A stretch of DNA of 61,280 nucleotides, the filler included. It is 3 parts of 3 records of this genome, joined end to end, with 100 filler letters (N's around TTAATTAATTAA, not from the genome) between each part and the next. Parts side by side here need not be neighbours in the genome. Positions count along the whole stretch, not along the records: positions 27,697 to 53,349 come from SRR20825019_2375; positions 53,450 to 61,280 come from SRR20825019_2402; 1 more part is not named here. One strand, written 5' to 3'. The notes beneath the pieces were generated by a model. That model was not told the DNA's origin, ran no database searches, and worked only from the letters and a program-made list of their open reading frames with translations. Each line of letters begins with the position of its first letter. The stretch's first letter is position 1. This document shows, piece by piece, positions 52,233 through 61,280 of this stretch. The translations under genes and the position numbers were made by a program.

Positions 52233-53126
52233 ATGCATATACGAATAGGTACAAGAACAAGCCCACTTTCCATTAAACAAACAGAAATCTTTATACATAA
52301 ACTTAAAAATAAAACTGAGTTTAGCTATGAAATAATACCAATTAATACAACTGGAGATAAAATACTCAATAAACCACTTTATGAAATAGGAGGAAAAGGT
52401 TTGTTTCTAAAAGAGTTAGAAGAAGCTTTATTAAACGATATAATTGATGTTGCAGTTCATTCTTACAAGGATATACCAGGTTCTTTTGATAATCGGCTTA
52501 TAATTAGCTCAGTATTAAAAAGGGAAGACCCTGAAGATATGTTAATATCTAATAAATATAATAGTATTTTCAATTTGCCTGAAAATACTATTATAGGCAC
52601 TTGCTCACCAAGAAGAATGGCTCAAATAAAAAAAATAAATTCAAAGCTAATAGTTAAAACTATTAGAGGTAATATTCAAACAAGAATTAAAAAATTTTTA
52701 AATAATGAATATGATGCTTTGATTTTAGCAAAAGCTGGGCTTAAAAGAATGGAAATTGATAAAAATGATTATTGCCATTTAATTAGTAAAGAAATAATGA
52801 CTCCTGCACCATGCCAGGGTGTAATCGCAATACAAATTAAATCTAATAATACTAAATTGAAAGAACTTACAAGTTTAGTAAATGATGAGTATACCCATAA
52901 TTGCTGCCTTGTTGAAAGAGGTTTTTTAGAAACTTTAGGTGCTAGTTGTAATTCTCCAGTGGCTGCTTACGCAGAAATTTCAAAAAATATAATTAATGCA
53001 AGCTTTATGTATTCAGATTTTGAGCATAAAAGATATAAAACTAAAAAAATATCTGTAAAATCTAATAAATTTTATGAAACTGGTAAAAAAATAGCTCAAG
53101 AAATGAAAGAAAATTTAATCTCATAA
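52233..53126 (+). CDS. hemC: Hydroxymethylbilane synthase
   Basis: IRIGTR.S.L, GGKGLFLKELE, AVHSYKD, IRGNIQTR, LGASCNSP. Confidence 0.96.
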   Translation: MHIRIGTRTSPLSIKQTEIFIHKLKNKTEFSYEIIPINTTGDKILNKPLYEIGGKGLFLKELEEALLNDIIDVAVHSYKDIPGSFDNRLIISSVLKREDPEDMLISNKYNSIFNLPENTIIGTCSPRRMAQIKKINSKLIVKTIRGNIQTRIKKFLNNEYDALILAKAGLKRMEIDKNDYCHLISKEIMTPAPCQGVIAIQIKSNNTKLKELTSLVNDEYTHNCCLVERGFLETLGASCNSPVAAYAEISKNIINASFMYSDFEHKRYKTKKISVKSNKFYETGKKIAQEMKENLIS

Positions 53127-53349
53127 TTTTTATATCTATAGATTTATTTTCATGAATAGATAATTATTGGTCAGTTTTTAAAGATACTATTGTAATTTAG
53201 AGATAAAGATTTTTTCAAGAATGATCTTTATAATATAATTAACTTATGAAAAATATTTTTATATAATAATATTTAAATTACCCTTTAACTAATTTTTTGT
53301 CTATAAATAATTAAATTAGAAAATATTAATTTATTGTTTAAACATTTTT

Positions 53350-53449
53350 NNNNNNNNNNNNNNNNNNNNNNNNNNNNNNNNNNNNNNNNNNNNTTAATTA
53401 ATTAANNNNNNNNNNNNNNNNNNNNNNNNNNNNNNNNNNNNNNNNNNNN
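53350..53449. other. Artificial contig spacer
   Basis: 44 N + TTAATTAATTAA + 44 N, with an abrupt switch from AT-rich to GC-rich sequence. Confidence 0.98.
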
Positions 53450-54575
53450 AACAGTGACGTTCTTTCGCTCTAGTATCCCTAGTGTTCACGTCGGCCGAGG
53501 GCTTGATGTATATGAGTGCTGTTTGGGCATGTGGTCCTGTGGTGAACATGGGTGGCCCGGGTGACGTGACCGCCAAGCACTGAGCAACGCGGCAGCAGCA
53601 TGGTGGGTCACGGCGCCACCATGCCGGGAAACCGGGCCTGTTGCCACCCGGAGACTCGCGCTATTCTTGCAGTCCGGTGGGGCGTCCGTCGGATGGATCC
53701 CGCCTGGCCCGGCTCGTCCTCTCCTCACGATAGCCCCCCCGGCGTGACAAATTTGGTTCACCGTGCCGGGCACCGCCCGGGCACCGGGCCGCCGGGCTTC
53801 CCGGTACCGGTCACCGCGCTGGGCCTGGCCACGGTCCGGCGTGGCGAAGCCGGGTGCCGATCGACCGGACTGTCCGAAATCCTGCCCCGGGGGCCCGGGC
53901 GGGCCTGGATGAGCCGACCGGACGCCTGGGCCGCCGCCCGGACGTCCGGCGGGACGTCCGCCACGTGCCGCCCGGCAGCGGAGCCGGAACGGGGAGCCGA
54001 CGGGACCGAGTCTGAGGCGGCGCCCGCCCGCCCCGCCGCGCGGCGACCGCGGACGGCCGCCACCGTCTCCGGCCCGCCCGCCGGCACGACGACCGCGGGA
54101 CGGGCGGCCGGCCGGCGGGCCAGCCTCGGTCCAGTGACGGCGACGCGGCACCGGCGCCACGCCGCCGGACCGGCTCCTGATCGTCGCGACCGCCCGCCCG
54201 CCGGCGCGCCCGGCCGGCTCTGGTTCGGGTCGCCCGGATCCGGCAGGCCGAACCGGCGCGGGACGACTGAGTTCAGAACTTCGGCCCTGAGGCACCCACC
54301 CGGGCACCCCCGCATCGAGCTGGCACTCCCGCGTGCGGCACCGTGCCGGAGCCCGCGGCGGCCCGTAAATTCATTGTTTTGTTTTGCCACCAGCGGCGGG
54401 GCCTGCCGCGCACCGACTGCCAGCCAGGTTACACTGATCCTGCAGGCCCCGCCACAGAAGAGTTCGCGCCGGACGCAGCCACCGGCACCCTAGGACTCCT
54501 TGTCCCGTCGACTCCACAGCCCCGCATAAATATGGCGTTTGAGCAGTTTATCGAGCGTTCCAAGTCGAGCCTCGC

Positions 54576-57468
54576 ATGAGCGGAAGAGTGCTGTTGTCCG
54601 GCGGAGGGGCCGGGTCGCCCACACATCTGTAAGCTGCACCTCCACCCTCCTAGCCCCTCCTCCCCCCCTCCCGCCCCCTCCCATCACTACATCCCAAGTC
54701 CGAGTGCTGCCTCTCATTCACTCACCGGAGCCGGTTATCTCACGATGATCTAAACCGCGCCTGTATAAGATACGTCGTGCTTGAAATCCTGTTGCTGGTC
54801 TTCGGCACATGGCTGTTCGCACGTCTGATGGGCGTGATCAAGGGCTCGCCGCTCCTGGGTTACATCATTGCAGGAATGCTCCTCGGCCCGCCCGTGCTGG
54901 GCATGGTGCCCCATGTCGAAGCTTTTGAGGTCGGTATCGGCGTGACTGGGGACGTGCGGGCACCGAGGTCGGGGGCCTGTCGCCCAGATGCCCTTCCTGA
55001 TGGACCGGTGATATGTCGTGGGCGCACTCTGACTGTGACCGCAGGACCTGGGAACAATCGGGGTGATTCTGATCATTCTCGAGGCTGGTCTTAACATGGA
55101 CGTGGGCATGTTGAAGAAGGTCGGAGTGAAGGCGTTGATGATGACAGCGCTTGGAATGTTGATACCTGTCGCTGTGTGTGGCGCGACGTTCATGGCTTTC
55201 GGCTATGGGCTGGTGCCGTCGATAGCAGTCGGGGCGATCTTCGCTCCGACATCGGTTGGGATGACTGTGAGAATTTTGAGGGAGTTTGGTGTGAGTGGCC
55301 CCCACTTGTCCTAAGAGATATCATATTCGCTCTAACAGCGCCTCCATCACTACAGGAAACTGAGACAGCGACGGGACAGCTGATTGTGACCGTGGCCATT
55401 CTGGATGACGTGCTGTCACTAGTGGCACTGGGTGTAGTCCAGGCGTTGGGCACAGGGGCCATCGGTGCCGAGTCACTGTGGCCGATCGCCCGTCCGCTGC
55501 TGGCATCGGTAGTGTTCTTTGCCATTCTCACACCCATCGCCTGCGTGTGGTCTCCGCTGGTTCGGAGAGTGACCTCTCTCCATCCGGGCGGCAGTCACGG
55601 GGTGGCCATCCTGGCCTTGATGCTGGGTACCGCTGTGGCCTGGGGCGTCGCCACGGCCACACTCACCACTGAGCTGCTCGGGGTGTTTCTTGCGGTGGGT
55701 GCATCACGCCGAGACGTGTTATCGCTCGATCCTCACACTGGCCCTTGTTCGATGGCAGGGCTTGGCGTTCTCAGGAGTCCCGGAGGCCCATGAAGGCTGG
55801 TGTGTTCATGTCGCACCGATCGCAGGGTGGCTAGGTAAGTAGAGGGGGGGCAGGTAGCCGCAGCCCGCTAAAGCTCCCCCCGCAGCCAAGCTGTTCTTTT
55901 GCGGAGTGGGCTTCATGGTGCCGCTGTCATCCATGCTTGACCCATGGACGTTCTTTCTGGGGGTTATGATCGCAATACCATCGATAGCGGCCAAAGTGGT
56001 TGCGGGCCTCCCCTTCAGGTGAAGTGATGGCTCCGTCGTTCCATCTCGCTGCCTGCTCACGCGTGCATGCCCCAGATGTCCACCCGGGGAGGGGTGCAAG
56101 GCGGGATGGGGGATTGTGGGCCGGGGCGAGTTCGGATTCTACATGGCTGAGCAAGTCCTTCGCAATGGTGTCCTAGACAGCACCGGGTACGCCATTGTGA
56201 TGTGGGGCCTGGTCATTGGGTCATTCGCGTTCCCTTTCGCGTTCCGCCTCCTGATGATGATCAGCTCGAGGCACCAGAAGCGGGGCGGGGAGGACGGCGA
56301 CCACAAGATGATCAGCGAGGGTGTCGGCGACTGCTGCATTGACGACGAAGAGAGCGGCCACGAATTCACAGAGGAGATGGCGGCGATGGAAGAAGGCGGC
56401 CGGGGCCGGGGCTGGTCGTTGGACAGTGACGGCAGGGTTCACTCAGGCGTGGGAGGTCTGCACCGTGGTCATGCGTTCGCAGGTGACCTTGCATCTCCCG
56501 GGTCTATTCGAATGACCAGGGGCCGCCCAACACCGCTATCACCATCGGTGGCACGGGAGGTGGATCTGCGCCTCTCGGATATACGGGGCATGCTGCATGG
56601 AGGCGCGCGGAACGTGAAGCCAGCGCGGTGCGAGTGTGGCCGGGCAGTGGATTTGGCCTCTGCCGTCAGTAGAAAAGCGTCCGTCTCACCATTCCAGAAA
56701 GCCACATCTCCGGGGATGCCCGAAGCTGTGTCACACGCCCCCTTCGAACTTGACTCGGCATCGGGCCCGGCGGACCATGGTGCTGAATCTTCCCGGCAGG
56801 AGTCACTTCAGCTGGGAACGGTTAACGAGAGAAAGGGCAGCATCCCGGCAGATGAGGTGCCACGCGGATCCGGCAACAGTCGTGGACATGCTGAGGCGGT
56901 GGCGCTGCTGAAGCCATCCGTGGCAGCCAGGATGATGTCGTGGGACAGTAACGCGAGCGGGAACGATTCGGGGGTGTGTTCGACATCTGAAGATCAGGTA
57001 AGGCAACACGCGAGTCATTGTTGGTCAACGCTTTTCTAAGCAGCTGTGGGGCAGGCGAGTGCGCCTGGGAAGCGGAAGCATCACCATGATAGGCACCATC
57101 CCGGGCCGCACTCGGCTGGCACGCGCCCTCCCCATGTGGCGCCGGGTGGGGCCAATGCCGGCAGCGGCCACAGTGACTCCGACTATGAAAAGCACAGGTG
57201 ACTTCGAGTCCACTGGCCGGCGAATGGCCGTTTGATGGAGACACTGACTGACTACCGGAACACCAGGCAGCGTCATGAGTACCTGCACATCCTGCGGAGC
57301 CAGCAGCAATATGACCTCAAGGCTCACCAGCCTGAGCATCTGCATCCGTCCGCTCCAAACACGCATCCGAACGGAAGGACTCACCACGCCATCTCGCAAC
57401 CCGCCTCGCACCACCGCCGACAGGGACACGGGCGAGGGGCGGGCAGGCAGCACGAGGCACCCCACTAA
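54576..57468 (+). CDS. Eukaryotic spliced gene: CPA2-family cation/H+ antiporter with a long disordered C-tail. Core introns 54930-55044, 55291-55355, 55695-55758, 55835-55885, 56019-56075; tentative introns 54629-54769, 56998-57054, 57198-57266
   Basis: Removing GT..AG introns gives one frame: LLGYIIAGMLLGP, DLGTIGVILIILEAGL, PTSVGMTVRILREFG|ETETATGQLIVTVAILDDV, LLGVFLA|GLAFS, FFCGVG, GRGEF. Start and end exons are less certain. Confidence 0.82.
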
Positions 57469-57681
57469 GACGGCGAGCGAAGCGATCCGTGGTACAGTTC
57501 TGCGTGATAGAACGCTATTCTCAGGATGAGCGGCAACCCGGGTGGTATTGTGAAGTTTTACTATTTACAGAGGTTGGTTCTCTGAGCGCCACGGACTTCG
57601 GAGATCTATGGACAGGATGCGTTGGCAGTGCGCACCCAAGACTGCCGGCGGCCTCTCACGGCCATAATACACTGGTCAGAC

Positions 57682-59515
57682 CTAGTCCCAAATATTGTGT
57701 GGGTCGTACTCGGACAGCGCCTGCGCCACCGCATCATGGAGGATGTCTAGCGCAACCTCGGCGTGAGCCTCAGTGAAGATTAGCGGCGGACGGAACCGGA
57801 CGGAGCGGACACCGGAGTTGGCGAGGAGGAGGCCTCGGTTGCGGGCGTGGTGCTGCACGAGGTCGCGGAGGTCGGGGGTGTCAAATCCGACCGCGCAATA
57901 TGTTCCTAGTCCGCGGGCACTGGTAAGGTGATCCGGGAACTGGGCCTGCAGATCCTCCAAGCCCTTGCGGAGCACGCGTCCGGCCCGCTCCGTTCCCTCC
58001 AGTAAATGCTCCTTCTCAATCGTGTCCAGAACCACCTCGCACTGCAACAGGCGGAAGGGATCGCCGTACCAAGTGTTGAAGATCCGGTACGGCTGCTGCG
58101 GCTTGAACTCAGAGCTGTAGAAGTACCCTGCCGTCTGGGCCTTCTTGGCAAATGTCACAATATCCGGCGGGTCTTCGAGTTGCCAGTGCTCGTGTGCCCA
58201 CATCCGCCCCGTGGCCCCCAGGCCTGTTTGCACCTCGTCAACCACAAATGCGGCCTTGTACTCTCGGGTCAGCCGCCTCAGTCCGCGGAAGAAGGCAGGC
58301 GACGCATGGGCGTCGCCGCCCTCGCCCTGGATCGGCTCAATGATCACTCCGGCAATGTATGGTCGAGACGGGGTGGGGTCGTAGGCGCCACTGTTGTGTT
58401 TCTTGAGGATGGCCTCGACTTCCGCCAGGGCGCGCGCCTCCTCCTGCTCGTTGTAGGCCCGGTTCTCGTCCATCGGGTATCTCACTCTATTTCGAACATC
58501 GGTGAGTGCTCGGTTAGTGCTGCAGGTCGGTGTTGGGGTAACTTACTGGGGGAAAGGGGCCACAGGCCACTTGAAGGCGGGGATGTCCAACTTGTGGACA
58601 GCCTTCGACCTGGTGCAGGACAGCGATCCCATCATCCGGCCGTGGAATGCTCCAGTGAAGGATAGGATGGCCAGATTGGGTGACCCGGGCTCCTCGTTCT
58701 CCATGCACGAAGCCAGCTCCTCCTCAGTCCACGCCCGCCCCCCACGGACATCCGCCTTGTGCTTGAGAAACACTGCCTTCATTGCGTTCTCATTAGAGCA
58801 TGATCCGCACATCATGGTCTGCACACACCGGGTGAGTATGACAACGTCAGGTCGGCCGAGCTCGCTCCAATCATACCTGGACATGGGTCATGCCAGCTGG
58901 CCTCACGCCCTCGCGAAGGAGCACGGACTTGACCAGCCGCGGCCAGAAAGTCGGAGGCATCACCGCGAGGGCGGACCGGTGGGCCATGGCGGCCTTCCAG
59001 TCGGGGTCGCTCATGGCTTTGGTGAGTGCGTTGGTGAGCGCGGGGTGGTTGTAACCCAGCGGAAGGGACGCGATGGCCCCGACACAGTCCAGGAACTCGT
59101 TCCGGTCAATATCCACGGCATAGCACCCGTGTGAGTGCTCATAGTCGATGAACGTCGCAATGTGCAGATCATCTGCGCGTGCAAGCGTCAGTACAGTGAC
59201 AGGTGGAGGAGGTGTGACAGAAAGGCCGGGTTGGCTCGGTTGGATTGGGTTGGATGCTTAACAGGGAAGGGGCTGTGTCTTACCCATGTGACCTCCCATC
59301 TCCTCGCGGAGCTTCTGTGCCTCAGGTCCGGGGAACGTCGTGCTCATGGTAGGCATCGGCGCCTTGTGGTGGTACTGCGAAAGTGTCGCGACCGCCCGTC
59401 GCCCGGCCGCCCAGCGGCGAGCCGCCAGTGCCAAGGCAGGGGCGGCACACCTGGTCAGGAGTGGCGTCACGGATACTGGGGCGCGCGCTCCTGCGACTGT
59501 TAGTGTTGATAACAT
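57682..59515 (-). CDS. ABAT: Eukaryotic spliced gene: mitochondrial 4-aminobutyrate aminotransferase; introns 59173-59283, 58819-58876, 58487-58546
   Basis: Arg/Ala-rich presequence; spliced frame gives DYEHSHGCYAVDIDRNEFLD, IASLPLGYNHP, TMMCGSCSNENA, FHGR, HKLDIPAFKWP.APFP, IIEPIQGEGGD, DEVQTG, TFAKK, RFRP. Confidence 0.92.
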
Positions 59516-60416
59516 ATAGGGGTTGGTAATCGTTTGGTAGAACTGTTCTTTTCAGTCTGTATATGCCGCCTACACCACTGCCACATATTGAATATTTATG
59601 TTGTGGAGAGAGGGACCAGGCGGCGGCTCTGACAGACCAGACTCCAGCCCGTCATGAGTGTGGACAGTGGACGCGGCTGGTTAAGGCCGGCGGCTCAGGC
59701 GATTTGGCTGTCGTAGGCCTCACTGCAGGGGCGCAGGGCGGGGACTGGCGGAGGAACGGAATGGTGATGGGTCGTTTCACCATCGTGAACTTTCCATTGA
59801 GTTCCCAGCTAGAGCGGTCGGAGCCGTTCAGCGTCGTCACGGTCATGGCTAGTGAACTGCCAAGGCGGGTCTGGGCCGTGGTGGTCGGGTTGTGACTGAG
59901 TGCAGCCAGGCTGCCGCGGGCCAGCCGTCGATGCTGGTCCGTCGCAAGAGGCACAATCGAACCGTGTCTTCCGTGTAAGCCACGCCAGCAGCAGCCACTC
60001 AACCTCATCATTGGGACGGACTGCCGCGGGCCAGCTCAGACCTCACCGGCTCGGACGTCCAGTCGAATCGGAACGGACGTCCTGACGTGCCGTGAGCTGG
60101 CATGGGTCAGTTGGAGTCCGAGCCAGTAACAGGAGTCTCCCTGCGGGGGTTTGGAGTCCCGATTTGAATTGCCGGAGGCGCCCGCCGGCGCCCCGGCGGC
60201 GCCCCCGAGCCCCCCCCCAGCCCGGCGGCGGGGGCTGCGGCCGGGCCTGGTGCCGGCCCGCACCCAGGTGTGTGCCCGAGCCTGTGGCCGCTGTGGCCCG
60301 GGCGGCGGAGTGGATGCCTTCGGGCCAGCCGTAAGGGAACGACGTAAAAATAGACGCCGCACACCCACGGACCTCACAATATCTCCTTTGCCTCTCGGGT
60401 CCAGTCGCCACAAACC

Positions 60417-61280
60417 ATGGACTTCATCTTCAAGGCCATTGACGCTGGTGATGTGGACCGTGTTCTGCGGTACATCGAGTACAAGGACGCGGTCTGTGCG
60501 GATGGGTATACCCCGACATGGGACGCCTGCTTTGAGGGGAACGCTGCCATTGTCTCCGCCTTGGTTGGAGCGGGTGCCGACGTGAACAAGGCCAAGGCCG
60601 ACGATGGCAGCACGCCGGTGTGTGTGTCAAGCCGGCTCGGGCATGTGGAGTGCCTTCGCATTCTCGTTGTTGCCAAGGCTGACATCAACCGCACCAAGAC
60701 CGACACTGGTGCGACCGCGGCCTTTTTGGCCAGCCAGAGCGGGCATGCGGAGTGCCTCCGGGTTCTTGTTGAGAACGAGGCCGACATCAACAGGTCGAAC
60801 CACAACGGAGCCACGCCGGCGTTTGTAGCGAGTCAGGAGGGGTACAGCGAGTGCCTCTCCATCCTCATCGGTGCAGGCGCGGACGTCAACAGGCAAAAGA
60901 CCGAGACTGGAGCCACGCCCTTGCTTGCGGCATCCGTTAATGGCCACACCGAGTGCGTGAAGATGCTGATTGCGGCCGGTGCGGACGTAAATACGGCGAA
61001 GCTAGACACTGGAGCGACGCCTGCCTATGTGGCCTGCCAGAAGGGCCACCATGACTGCCTGGCGATGTTGGTGGAGGCTGGTGCTGACGTCAACCGGACA
61101 CGGACGGACACCGGCGGGTTCGCTGCCTTTACCGCGAGCCAAGGGGGGTTTCCGGAGTGTCTTCGCATTCTCATTTCGGCGGGGGCCGACCTCAACATGG
61201 TTAGAACTGACAACGGGTCCACTCCCGCCTACATCGCAAGCCGCAAGGGCCACAGCGAGTGCCTTTCGATCCTTGTGGAG
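60417..61280 (+). CDS. Eukaryotic canonical ankyrin-repeat protein, running off the window end; not in the ORF track
   Basis: ACCATGG start context; open frame MDFIFKAIDAGD... with about 8 repeats of G.TP...AS..GH.ECL..L...GADVN. Confidence 0.9.
   Translation, partial: MDFIFKAIDAGDVDRVLRYIEYKDAVCADGYTPTWDACFEGNAAIVSALVGAGADVNKAKADDGSTPVCVSSRLGHVECLRILVVAKADINRTKTDTGATAAFLASQSGHAECLRVLVENEADINRSNHNGATPAFVASQEGYSECLSILIGAGADVNRQKTETGATPLLAASVNGHTECVKMLIAAGADVNTAKLDTGATPAYVACQKGHHDCLAMLVEAGADVNRTRTDTGGFAAFTASQGGFPECLRILISAGADLNMVRTDNGSTPAYIASRKGHSECLSILVE

Noticed and set aside
53350-53449. Apparent bacterial-to-eukaryote junction suggesting lateral transfer or a genomic island
   Set aside because: The junction is an artificial spacer and the contigs are not shown to be adjacent
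53486-54493. Long overlapping Arg/Pro/Gly/Ala-rich ORFs (273, 297 and 210 aa)
   Set aside because: Expected from stop-codon scarcity at very high GC; no recognisable domain
60417-61280. Eukaryotic ankyrin gene as donor of the bacterial ankyrin family
   Set aside because: Repeat type differs (33-34 aa G.TP/GADVN versus 37 aa ND.AF/MIHAQ), with no specific similarity visible

Overview
The window holds three unlinked contigs joined by 100-nt artificial spacers (44 N + TTAATTAATTAA + 44 N, at 27597-27696 and 53350-53449). Contigs 1 (1-27596) and 2 (27697-53349) are very AT-rich bacterial DNA from a Rickettsiales, probably Rickettsiaceae-like, endosymbiont. The assignment rests on a Sca4 homologue, petABC, a ProP-like MFS, a PleC-like kinase and partial Mrp genes. 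Most genes are housekeeping (recG, holB, gltX, mutL, alaS, tgt, ffh, lepA, frameshifted prfB, hemC, tRNA-Asn, tRNA-Leu). Accessory items include a family of 37-aa-period ankyrin proteins sharing a C-terminal domain with an F-box-like motif (one full copy, one partial paralog), an AAA-ATPase/PD-(D/E)XK fusion, a possible degenerate PilMNO/GspLM-like pair, a short Sca4 with its own repeats, a TGT with an altered substrate loop, and a candidate ~50-nt small RNA carrying an anti-Shine-Dalgarno motif. Contig 3 (53450-61280) is GC-rich eukaryotic DNA with short GT-AG introns. It encodes a CPA2 cation/H+ antiporter, a mitochondrial GABA transaminase and a canonical ankyrin protein, and may be the host or a contaminant. 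All calls come from reading motifs by eye; no searches were run.
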